64,000 bases of DNA from Clostridiales bacterium (lineage in GTDB: Bacteria; Bacillota; Clostridia; Lachnospirales; Lachnospiraceae), in the NCBI GenBank assembly GCA_021202925.1, contig JAJQCD010000010.1, forward strand, positions 3,932 to 67,931. Reading direction: 5' to 3'. How positions within the stretch are numbered: the first letter of the stretch is position 1; each line of letters opens with the position of its first letter. Below the pieces are notes generated by a model that was given only the letters and a program-made list of their open reading frames with translations, was not told the origin of the DNA and did not search any database. Positions 8,684 through 17,189 of this stretch are shown here, in pieces. Made by a program: the position numbers and the translations under genes.

Positions 8684-10135
8684 TCATTCCGATGCGCCCT
8701 TGGTACTCATGACTATCAGATTGAAGATGTAGTCCTTTGCTTCAGCGAGGTAGCCTTCATTGTGATAAGAGAGTACAGGAATGTTGCAACTCTTTAAGTC
8801 TTTGGTATAATTGTCATGAATCTTTTCAATAGCTTCCTTCAAATCACGACAATAGGTTGTACCCTGTCGAACGGATTTTCGATTTTTTGCCTGGTCGTCG
8901 GACGAGAGTTTAATCATTTTCTTGATGTCTTCAAGCTTCTTGACGAGTGGAGCGTAGGATTTTTCTGTACATTTTGAAAAATTATCTACGAGCTCGTTCT
9001 TTTTTGCCTGGTTAATGAGCAGTCCTCCTGATGTGTGTGCGTGTTGAATAGCTGATTCTTTAAGAAGTTTGTTAAAACAGGATCGAAAAGAACTTCCTGC
9101 TGCATCAATCAGGTTTTGAATGGAAGAGATTCGGACTGTCCATTCTTTAAGGAAGGAATCCGGATTGTCGATTGCCAGTTCAAATGGTGAATCGACAATA
9201 TGGTGCGTACACAAGGCTTCATTTAAGTGGGTTAAGGCTTCGTTTGCTGCCTGATTGAGTCGGGATGAATAATCCTGGATAAAGTGAACTTGCAGGTCAG
9301 TAATCCAGGGTTCATCGTGAGGATACAGTATATTCACTGAGGCAACAGAGGAATCCTTGGCTCGTGTTACTTCGTATAGTCTGTCAGAATATTTTCCCAG
9401 TAGGTCAGTGAGAATGACATAATCGGACGGCACATTAAGAAGTCGGTTCGTAAGCGCTCTTACGGAATCTTTGATACATTCTGCCTGATCATCTGTTGTC
9501 GCATAAGAAGAGCAAATCTGCTCCAGTTTGAGAAAATAGGAACGTCCAAGGTTCTTAACCATCCAGGAATGGTAGGTTTCTGAAAAATCCATCAATTCTA
9601 TTCCTTCGATGGCAATCTTTGAAGCAACCGTGTTTGCAAGCTCATCGACGGAATGGTAAAGTTCTGTGACTGAGCGAATATCTCCTTTTACCAGTCTGTC
9701 AGCAGATAAAATCATAGGTAAGAGATAGGGAAGAAAGGCATAGGGGACCTCCCATTGGAATGTAGTATTTTTCTGTTGCTCCAAATTACAGTTGAGAATG
9801 AATTTCCCTTCATCATAAAGAGAGTCATATTGCCCTTCTTGAATTGTCTCTTCCTTTTCGGAATAAGGAAGTTGCAGTTTCAGACACTTCCGAGAAGGAT
9901 CGGACAAATAATTATATAACAATTCGTAAGTGGAGAATATTTCGTCTGACAATTTCAAACCTTTATGCAGATTGAAATAGAAAGCGGGGTTTGAATGTCC
10001 GAGTGAAGCAATAAACATAAGTTTCTCGAATGAATCAAATTGTTTTTTCGCAGTCTTCTGATCATATCTGTCAGTGACGCTGTTGATAAAATCGTAAAAA
10101 GCGGTTTTCGTTGTGATCCTGTCTTGGTTTGTCAT
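8684..10135 (-). CDS. Orphan hypothetical protein, 482 aa
   Basis: Long ORF; GGAGG RBS before ATG 10135; no family recognised. Confidence 0.8.
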   Translation of the reverse strand: MTNQDRITTKTAFYDFINSVTDRYDQKTAKKQFDSFEKLMFIASLGHSNPAFYFNLHKGLKLSDEIFSTYELLYNYLSDPSRKCLKLQLPYSEKEETIQEGQYDSLYDEGKFILNCNLEQQKNTTFQWEVPYAFLPYLLPMILSADRLVKGDIRSVTELYHSVDELANTVASKIAIEGIELMDFSETYHSWMVKNLGRSYFLKLEQICSSYATTDDQAECIKDSVRALTNRLLNVPSDYVILTDLLGKYSDRLYEVTRAKDSSVASVNILYPHDEPWITDLQVHFIQDYSSRLNQAANEALTHLNEALCTHHIVDSPFELAIDNPDSFLKEWTVRISSIQNLIDAAGSSFRSCFNKLLKESAIQHAHTSGGLLINQAKKNELVDNFSKCTEKSYAPLVKKLEDIKKMIKLSSDDQAKNRKSVRQGTTYCRDLKEAIEKIHDNYTKDLKSCNIPVLSYHNEGYLAEAKDYIFNLIVMSTKGASE

Positions 10136-10166
10136 TTTTTGATTCCTCCATATATATAAAATAAAT

Positions 10167-10195
10167 ATTATACAAAATTTAATATGATTTGTCAA
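10167..10195 (-). promoter_or_regulatory. Consensus sigma-A promoter for the 482-aa orphan
   Basis: Minus strand TTGACA (10195-10190), 17-bp spacer, TATAAT (10172-10167). Confidence 0.8.
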
Positions 10196-10485
10196 TAACC
10201 AAAATTCTGGTTGAAAAAAATTGGCTGTTCCAGTGGCAGGGGTGTTGCGATAGGATAAGGGCGTAACAAAACAATGGATGACATCTTCAAGCCGAAGACA
10301 TAGGAATAGTACAATGACGGAATTGGAAAAGGCAAAGAGACAGTCATCTTGCAGGCAGGAAATTCATCTTGAAGCTTACTTAATCACTGACGGCGAACTC
10401 AAGATTACGGATTTCTTCTGGCGGAACTGAGTTGAGCTTTAGGATGACCTGCAACCGCTGATTGGCGGGGAAAGGGGTATGAACC

Positions 10486-12639
10486 TTGAAAACTAAAGAC
10501 GTGGGAACAAACGAAATTGCAGTAAATGTGGCGCAGACGAAACTGATGAAGCCCTTCCACAAGGAGAGTCAACCTTTGAAGCAGAGTCCTATTTATGATT
10601 GGCCTCCAAGTGAGAAGATCTGCCCAATTTATCCATGGGATTCAGGTCAGAAGGCAAATCCCATTGTTAATGCTGATGAACTATCAGGCAATTACCATGA
10701 CGATCCGTTTGAAGGTATGGAATCTGACCGATTTCGATCTAAGCTGGATGCTCATGGAGAGACAGAGACAGAAGCTTCTCAGGAAGAAGTGGCTCTGTCA
10801 TGTGTGTCGGAAGGTGAAATGGCGGAGGTCGTTGATGTGGTGAGCACTCCTGTTTATCCGGAATTAATTCCAAGTTATCAGGCACCAACATCGTATTCGA
10901 ACACATTGGCCGTCTTTAATCAATCGGAAACGAGGATTTATGGATCCCCCAAACAACCTGACGATGAAGATGAGAGAGGTGGCGAAAGCTTCGTCGCAAA
11001 TTACAAACTTGAACCGCTTCGCATGGAACAGGTGATTAATTGGCGTGGTGACGTCGATTATGAAAATTGTTTGATTCGGGTGCGAATTCGGATAACACTA
11101 AGATCTCGCGAAATCTGTCAGGAATTTACGATATTTTGGAAAGAGATCGAAAGTCTGGCACAGGTTGTTGCAAGGCGTTTCCCTATGGCTCGGGCGAGGA
11201 AGAAATTCTATTCGCAAATCGAAATGGAATTTCGTGAAAGCCTGGAATGTATTGCAACCATTAACTGCTACTGTGATCATGGGTGGCAGCTAATCGCTGG
11301 AAAACGCATGTACGTCCATCAGACGGCGAAGGGGATCCTGGGGATAATTACCACGACGCAGAATCTTCCAGCAACTTCTGGCGTTGGCATCCAGGAATGC
11401 TGTGGTATCTGGGAAGCGTCACGGTCGTTATATCGAGTATCCGGCACTTCGGCAATTTTGAGTGTGTCAGCGTTCCTTGGGGTCATGTATCGGATTTTTG
11501 ATGAGGCGGGCCATGCGCCACGTTTCTTACTGTTTCTGACAGGCAAGACAGGATCCTTCAAGACCGCAATCGGCAAAGTGTTATTCACGCAAGTCGAGGA
11601 GGAGCGATTCAGGGAGCAACCGAGGCGATTGGATTCGGATACTTTGACTTCGCTGGAACGGAGCATCGTCACCTGCGGGCGCGACACAACGAGGCTGATT
11701 GATGATTTTTCGCCGGCTCTGAATAGACAGAAGAAGGCGACGCTGGAAAACGCACTTGAGATGATCACCCGGATGGTTGGTGATGGGAGTTCGCGGAGTC
11801 GTTCGAACGGAAGTCTTGAGGATAGACGAGGAGAAGGTGTTCGAGGGTTCGTAGTCGTTACTGGCGAGCTTCGCGGCAAGATTCTTTCATCGAATCTCAG
11901 GTGTCTTTATCTGACGATCGAGAAGGAGCACGTCAATTTAACACATCTAACATGGCTGCAGGAGAACAACGGAATGTATTGCGCTTTGATTCAGCATTTT
12001 ATCAATTATTTGTCGGATAATTGGGAGGGGATCGTTTCTTTTGTCCGAGAAAATTTCGATATCATGCGAAAAAAAGCGAGCAATATTTTACACACTGGTA
12101 GACTGGCGGATGCTCTTGCGATTCTGTGGTTGGCAACAGATATTCTGGCGGCTTTCTTTGAACGATGTGGTGAGACAGGGAGAGGAAATCTGTTCGAGCA
12201 GATGAAACGGGATATGATTTCTGTTTTTCTCGCCAGTGAGGCAATGGCGTATGAGGAAGATCCGACCGTCTCGTATATGTGTGCTCTTGAAACGCTGCTT
12301 GAGAATCAGGAACTGAATCTGAAAACTGGCCGATTTGGAGAAGAGGATCTGGAGAAGCTGGACGGCTTTGAGGCGGATGAATGCCTTTATCTGATGCCGT
12401 TACGCGTGTATCTGAAGGTGAAGAGCTGGATTCAGAAGGGCGGAGGAAGCTTTACACTGAGCGAAAAGGAGATCGTGACGGCTCTGGGTCAAGAGGGGTA
12501 TTTGGTTCCATCCTCAAATGGAAAAGAAAAGCGTACTTTTTATGCGAGAATTTTGATCGGTAAAAACCGCGTGAATTTTCTTCGAATACCACGATCTAAG
12601 TTGAGTGAGTTTGCGAGGACTGAGCCAGATTTTTTCTGA
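10486..12639 (+). CDS. DUF927/Cch-like AAA+ replicative helicase candidate
   Basis: Walker A GKTGSFKT, Walker B RLIDD, VVVTGE and SSNLRCL; preceded by HGWQ; located upstream of xis-int. No primase domain seen. Confidence 0.7.
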   Translation: MKTKDVGTNEIAVNVAQTKLMKPFHKESQPLKQSPIYDWPPSEKICPIYPWDSGQKANPIVNADELSGNYHDDPFEGMESDRFRSKLDAHGETETEASQEEVALSCVSEGEMAEVVDVVSTPVYPELIPSYQAPTSYSNTLAVFNQSETRIYGSPKQPDDEDERGGESFVANYKLEPLRMEQVINWRGDVDYENCLIRVRIRITLRSREICQEFTIFWKEIESLAQVVARRFPMARARKKFYSQIEMEFRESLECIATINCYCDHGWQLIAGKRMYVHQTAKGILGIITTTQNLPATSGVGIQECCGIWEASRSLYRVSGTSAILSVSAFLGVMYRIFDEAGHAPRFLLFLTGKTGSFKTAIGKVLFTQVEEERFREQPRRLDSDTLTSLERSIVTCGRDTTRLIDDFSPALNRQKKATLENALEMITRMVGDGSSRSRSNGSLEDRRGEGVRGFVVVTGELRGKILSSNLRCLYLTIEKEHVNLTHLTWLQENNGMYCALIQHFINYLSDNWEGIVSFVRENFDIMRKKASNILHTGRLADALAILWLATDILAAFFERCGETGRGNLFEQMKRDMISVFLASEAMAYEEDPTVSYMCALETLLENQELNLKTGRFGEEDLEKLDGFEADECLYLMPLRVYLKVKSWIQKGGGSFTLSEKEIVTALGQEGYLVPSSNGKEKRTFYARILIGKNRVNFLRIPRSKLSEFARTEPDFF

Positions 12640-12664
12640 CATTTCAGAAACGATACATCCTTTG

Positions 12665-12691
12665 TCGGCATATTTTAATGTGGTATGCCGA
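12665..12691 (+). other. Stem-loop just upstream of the intron-like RNA
   Basis: TCGGCATA (12665-72) pairs with TATGCCGA (12684-91); ATGTGGTATGC occurs twice (12678-88, 12691-701). Confidence 0.6.
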
Positions 12692-12697
12692 TGTGGT

Positions 12698-12917
12698 ATG
12701 CGCCGGGCATGGCTCAGTTCTAACTGGTGAAAGTCCAGTTATGGGTAACTTACCGTCCATGTAGTTAAACGCAAGGCGGCAATCCCGTTGTCAGTGACAG
12801 TGACGAAAGTAAATCAGATACTGTGAGGATGGATTAATTACTATGGGCTTGGAAGTATGAAGGTCTTTATACACAATGCAACGGGAGAGGCGAGACATTA
12901 GCCTCCCTCTACCCTAT
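12698..12917 (+). ncRNA. Miniature ORF-less group IIC intron-derived RNA
   Basis: 5' ATGCGCCGGGCATGG, hairpin TAACTGG-TGAAAGT-CCAGTTA, AACGCAAGG, stem GTAGTTAA/TTAATTAC, and a 3' domain VI-like stem GGGAGAGG/CCTCT-A-CCC ending in TAT. Domain Id, DII-IV and canonical DV are absent. Confidence 0.65.
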
Positions 12918-12937
12918 TTTTGGAGGGAGGTGATATC

Positions 12938-13129
12938 ATGCAGAAACAAAGCATTCCGCTGACAGAAAAACGGCTGTTATCCGTTCCCGAGTTTCAGGCT
13001 TATGCGAGTATTGGCCGGAACAACGCATTTCGGTTGATCCGTCAAGCTGATTGCGAGGTGCGTATCGGACGCAGGGTCTTTGCGGATCGCGTTCGGTTCG
13101 ACGCCTGGTGTAGCGCACAACACGGATGA
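12938..13129 (+). CDS. xis: Excisionase-like DNA-binding protein
   Basis: 63 aa, RLLSVPEFQAYASIGRNNAFRLI...VRIGRRVFADR; GGAGGGAGG RBS; directly upstream of the integrase. Confidence 0.8.
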   Translation: MQKQSIPLTEKRLLSVPEFQAYASIGRNNAFRLIRQADCEVRIGRRVFADRVRFDAWCSAQHG

Positions 13130-13201
13130 AATGACATAGACAACGGAGGGGGATGGAGCGACCATCCCTCTTATTGAAATATTAGAAAGAAGGAATTATC
13201 A

Positions 13202-14356
13202 ATGACAACAAAAGATATAAAAAAGCTTCCGAAAGGAATCACGCTTCGATCAGATGGTTACTATTTAGGACGGGTATCCTACTTTGGGGAAAGATATTCT
13301 CTGTATGACAGAGATCTGAAAACACTTCAAAGGCGGTTGAATGACTTGCGTTACGAACTGGAGCACGGGCTATATGCGAAAAAATCCCAGCTTACGATTG
13401 ACGACTGGTTCCGAACCTGGATTAGAGAATATAAATCAATGACCGTCAAGCAGGGGACGGTTGGCGTATACGAGGATACGTATCGTGCATATATCAAAGA
13501 TGCTTTGGGCAGGAAGAAGTTAAAGGATCTGAGGCCGGAACAGATTCAGGCTCTCTATAATAAGCTGAATCTTGACGGCTATTCGCACAGTACGATTGAA
13601 CTGGTGTCCGTGGTCCTCGGAGGTCTGTACAAACAGGCTTACAAAAACCAGCTGATTCAGAAGAATCCCGTTCCGTTGGCAACACTTCCGAAAGCGGTCG
13701 ATACTGTGAGGCAACGTGTTCTGACGGCAGAGGAACAGGAAATATTCTTACAGATTGCCAGAAAGCGTAAATACAGTCTGGCTTATGAGCTGGCGTTGTC
13801 GACGGGAATGCGAAGTGGCGAGGTTCGTGGTCTGCGTTGGGAAGATATTGATTTTGACAAGAGGCTAATCCATGTAACCGGTACATTGGTACAGAATCGA
13901 TATGGTTTTTACCGCGATCTGCCAAAGACGAAGAGTAGCCTTCGGGATATTCCGATGTTAGACAATGTGTATCAGTTGCTCGAAAAGTGGCGGGAAGAAC
14001 AGTCGGAGCGAAGGAATATGCTTGGCGCAGACTGGCGAGCAACAGAAGAATTTAAGGATCTGGTGGTCGCGACAGACATGGGTGCGCCGTTAGGTAAGAG
14101 TTATCTTAATAAGGGCATTAAGACGATCATCAAGCATATTGAGTCGGAGACAGAGAAACCATTTGAGTACATCACGTTTCATGGCCTGAGACATACTTTC
14201 GCGACCAGATGTATCGAAAATGGAATGGAACCTCAGGTATTGAAAGCGATTATGGGACATTCTAAACTGTCAATGACGATGGATCTGTATGCACATGTAT
14301 TGCCAGATGCAAAGTTAAAGGAAATGGAAAAAATCGCTGGGCTGTTTGAAAAATAA
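13202..14356 (+). CDS. int: Tyrosine integrase
   Basis: STGMRSGE (catalytic R), FHGLRHTFATR, MGHS...MDLYAH; N-terminal arm-binding and SAM-like regions. Confidence 0.95.
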   Translation: MTTKDIKKLPKGITLRSDGYYLGRVSYFGERYSLYDRDLKTLQRRLNDLRYELEHGLYAKKSQLTIDDWFRTWIREYKSMTVKQGTVGVYEDTYRAYIKDALGRKKLKDLRPEQIQALYNKLNLDGYSHSTIELVSVVLGGLYKQAYKNQLIQKNPVPLATLPKAVDTVRQRVLTAEEQEIFLQIARKRKYSLAYELALSTGMRSGEVRGLRWEDIDFDKRLIHVTGTLVQNRYGFYRDLPKTKSSLRDIPMLDNVYQLLEKWREEQSERRNMLGADWRATEEFKDLVVATDMGAPLGKSYLNKGIKTIIKHIESETEKPFEYITFHGLRHTFATRCIENGMEPQVLKAIMGHSKLSMTMDLYAHVLPDAKLKEMEKIAGLFEK

Positions 14357-14484
14357 GAATGGAACATGCGCAGAGGTTGGTAAAACACTGGATGATAACT
14401 GTCAAAAGTAAAGGATGGCAGAGCAGAGGAGAAGGTAAGTGTTTCCTCTACTTTGCCATTTTAAGTGTGAAAAGAGTTTCATAT

Positions 14485-14916
14485 TCACGGAGATTGCACG
14501 CCAGGATCATCTTGGCTCTTTGACAGTCTCTTTTCCACATAATTTGATACGCCGTCAAAAAATAAATGTGCCTGACTGATCTGATCTTCAACGTCAACCT
14601 TTGATATGACATAATAATCATCATAATCAGATTCTGTTCTGACTTCAAAGGCTTTGGTTAGAATCTTGGAATACTCTTTTTCAAAGATTCCAGACCGGAC
14701 ATAGTTTTTCTGGAAATAAGCCATCACACCTGCGTGTTTAGAAAAATCAATTCCGTCTAATGCAAGTATACTTCTAATGCAGTGAAAAATACTATAATAG
14801 GATCGATTGGCAGCACTGCAATAGTCTCCTGAATTTAAAAGGATTTTGGCTGATTCGAGACATTGCGCCGATTTTTCCAGGCGATATTTGCATAAGGCTA
14901 TCTTCCTATCATCCAT
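14485..14916 (-). CDS. HEPN domain protein, partner of the MNT
   Basis: AANRSYYSIFH, SKHAGV and RTESDY; overlaps the MNT stop codon. Confidence 0.9.
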   Translation of the reverse strand: MDDRKIALCKYRLEKSAQCLESAKILLNSGDYCSAANRSYYSIFHCIRSILALDGIDFSKHAGVMAYFQKNYVRSGIFEKEYSKILTKAFEVRTESDYDDYYVISKVDVEDQISQAHLFFDGVSNYVEKRLSKSQDDPGVQSP

Positions 14917-15262
14917 AGATTGCTACCCCTTCTTTCACTACATTTTGATAGAACGGAAGGAAATCCTGATTTTCCTCAAAGTGTTTCCGATCTCTTAATA
15001 TAATTGACACGAAGATTCCTTCATCAAGAGAAATGTCGCTGGCCATTTCAGATGTCCTGTCGCGCAGCTTCCTGATTTCGTTCTGGTCACAGTCTAGCAA
15101 TATCATGATATCAATATCAGATTCGTCGGTATGATCCCCTCTGGCATAGGAGCCATACAGAATAATCCGATCAAGTTGGTTCCCATAAATTTTTCTGGAT
15201 TCTTCTTTTATTCTTCCCAATACGCTCTGCAATTCAGCATTGTTACATTCGTGATTCTCCAT
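14909..15262 (-). CDS. Minimal nucleotidyltransferase (MNT)
   Basis: LYGSYARGDHTDESDIDIM motif (GSxxxG..DxD). Confidence 0.92.
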   Translation of the reverse strand: MENHECNNAELQSVLGRIKEESRKIYGNQLDRIILYGSYARGDHTDESDIDIMILLDCDQNEIRKLRDRTSEMASDISLDEGIFVSIILRDRKHFEENQDFLPFYQNVVKEGVAIYG

Positions 15263-15527
15263 AAAGCAAAATTCCTTCCTACTACAATATATTTATGGGG
15301 GTAGATGCCTTACATTCAGTAAGGTTCTTCTCCATCTTGTTGCTTAAGCTGTTATAATGATGGAGCAATCGGTATATCGGCTTTCTTCCCTGGACTGTTT
15401 TATATTTTTTTAGGGCATTGTTTGGGCATGATAGTTAAAGGGTGATTTATAACCGACAACAATTCTCTGGTCGTCTGGTTACCATTATACACGGAAAAGT
15501 TTTCAAATACAACTATGGAAATCAGGC

Positions 15528-15737
15528 AGAAGACATGATATTTAAGTAAGAAAGTGATGAAGATAGGGAACTGAGTCAGAATCCCTATACACCATTTTCC
15601 ACACCAAAATATTACACCATTGTAAATCAGAATAAATTCCTGAACTCGAAAAGAGGCAGTAAATATCACGATTTAAATCTGTATAACCTTGTGAAAAACA
15701 GGCAGAGATTAACCTCCCCTTTTTAATCGGTTCCGGC
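15528..15737. repeat. 210-bp direct repeat, copy A
   Basis: Aligns along its length with 17524-17733 (agaagacatgatatttaagtaa...gagattaacct...tccggc) with scattered substitutions. Confidence 0.9.
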
Positions 15738-15777
15738 GCGATGGACGTGTTGGGGCCGATTTTTTTGCCCGGCATGC

Positions 15778-15808
15778 TCCAGAACCTGCCAGAGACAGGT
15801 TCTGGAGT
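15778..15808. terminator. Perfect 12-bp hairpin
   Basis: ctccagaacctg-ccagaga-caggttctggag. Confidence 0.55.
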
Positions 15809-15837
15809 TAAGTAAAATAAAGGGTTCTCGGAGATTA

Positions 15838-15982
15838 CATTTCCCGCTCACTTTTGTGAAGTTTTTTTAGACTCAACATCTGACTGGATGTTCAATCCCG
15901 ACAGCTTAATAATCTCCGGCAGCACCTGGTAGATGGAGAAGGTATTGAATTCGTCCAGCCATTCCTCAGGCAAATCAGGAAC
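15838..15982 (-). pseudogene. Fragment of a siphophage tail-assembly chaperone gene
   Basis: VPDLPEEWLDEFNTFSIYQVLPEIIKLSGLNIQSDVESKK followed by an A7 tract and a shifted frame KLHKSEREM; resembles Clostridia phage TAC genes as recalled from memory. Confidence 0.6.
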
Positions 15983-16059
15983 CTTGCCTGGTAATCAGCA
16001 CGATATGGATGTCTTTTGAGGTCGCAATTTGCGACCTCAAACATTATCAGAACTATTAC

Positions 16060-16395
16060 TGAGCAATCAGAACCGGCTTTGATAATAAACACAAAATTCG
16101 TTGTATCCAGATGGCTCGATATCAGATAATCCGCTTTTATCATTGTGGTAAATGGATACATACGGGGCATATAGGAAAAGAACGAAAAATCTTTTTCGAT
16201 AATATCCTTTAAACGAGTCAAGGCTTCAAGACGGGGTTTTACGAGATTCTCGTACTGTTCACCTTTAGTGATTTGCTCGAATGTAATTTTATGGTTAAGG
16301 ATTCGATCCACGGTTTTACGCGGATTGTACCTCGGCAAGGATAAATCCCGTAAATATTGAAATCCTGCAAGATGAGGAAAATCCTCCAATCTGAA
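16060..16395 (-). pseudogene. Truncated PBECR4-like nuclease gene
   Basis: FRLEDFPHLAGFQYLRDL and FTTMIKADYLI motifs; in-frame TGA at 16398-16396 and no N-terminus; the C-terminus runs into unrelated sequence. Confidence 0.6.
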
Positions 16396-17125
16396 TCAGT
16401 ACCACCGGCTTAGCCGGTGGTTTGATTTTCGCCCTATAAGGGCTCGTTCCCGGCGCAAGGGTCTAAAGACCCGCTGAGTAGTTCGCCAGCCGCAACATCA
16501 GTTACTTGCTAAGCCCCCTGGGCTCACTTTTTATTGCTTTTCATTACCGGCTCACCCGTAAACGGGTCAATATACTCTTTTAAAGACATCTGATCATATT
16601 CCAAATCTTCTTTCAGCTGATTTCGAATATACTCTTCAATCTTTTTTGCATTTTTCCCTACAGTATCCACATAATAGCCTCTGCACCAGAAATGCCTGTT
16701 TCCATACTTATATTTAAGGTTTGCATGTCGCTCAAATATCATAAGTGTACTTTTACCCTTTAAATACCCCACAAATTCCGATACACTCATCTTAGGCGGA
16801 ATCTCTACCAACATATGCACATGATCTGGGCATATCTCCGCTTCGATTATGTTTACTTCTTTGCGCTTACATAGCATACTTAAAATATTGGCAATATCCT
16901 GCTTCAACTCACCATATATTATTTTTCTTCTAAATTTAGGTGCAAAGACAATATGGTACTTACAATTCCACGTCGTATGTGATAAAGTATTCTTGTCCAT
17001 TCGGACGACCTCCTTTGATTAATAAAACGGTTGGCGAACCTTTTTTTATTATATCACTGGAGGTTTTTTACACATCGCTGAAGCTATCCCAACCACCCGC
17101 ATAGCAGGTGGTTTTTTTGTTCTCC
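16395..17125 (-). mobile_element. IS200/IS605-family element, tnpA only (ends approximate)
   Basis: Subterminal hairpins ACCACCGGCTTAGCCGGTGGT (16401-16421) and ACCACCCGCATAGCAGGTGGT (17093-17113) flank tnpA. Confidence 0.85.
16524..17000 (-). CDS. tnpA: IS200-like Y1 HUH transposase
   Basis: CKYHIVFAPKFRRK, PDHVHMLV (HUH), FWCRGYYVDTVG and EEYIRNQ (catalytic Tyr). Confidence 0.96.
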   Translation of the reverse strand: MDKNTLSHTTWNCKYHIVFAPKFRRKIIYGELKQDIANILSMLCKRKEVNIIEAEICPDHVHMLVEIPPKMSVSEFVGYLKGKSTLMIFERHANLKYKYGNRHFWCRGYYVDTVGKNAKKIEEYIRNQLKEDLEYDQMSLKEYIDPFTGEPVMKSNKK

Positions 17126-17189
17126 AAAGTTCCGTTTTTCGGAACAACGAAAAACTCCACAATGAAGAACAGGGCCACGCCCTAACAAC

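Larger units (their letters stand above)
1..14495. mobile_element. Right part of an integrative element (IME/ICE or satellite-like) with an xis-int module at its right end
   Basis: Tyrosine integrase, excisionase, AAA+ helicase, YqaJ/Rad52/RadC/DUF932 module and resolvase; visibly lower GC than the core genes after 17.8 kb. The right boundary is inferred, and the left boundary is not in the window. Confidence 0.8.

Noticed and set aside
12665-12701. ATGTGGTATGC repeats as replication iterons
   Set aside because: Only two copies; better explained as the stem-loop and junction preceding the intron-like RNA, though an origin role is not excluded.
15415-15549. Possible integrase C-terminal remnant (ALFGHDS*RVIYNR...) before repeat copy A
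   Set aside because: The His-to-Tyr spacing is shorter than usual, there is no HxxR box, and it has an internal stop; too weak.
15400-15775. ORFs 15400-15669, 15542-15775, 17471-17665 and 17538-17774
   Set aside because: They are open frames across the non-coding 210-bp repeat, with different starts and stops in the two copies.
16401-16523. TnpB/omegaRNA at the IS200 right end
   Set aside because: Only about 120 bp separate the tnpA stop from the end hairpin, and there is no tnpB ORF.
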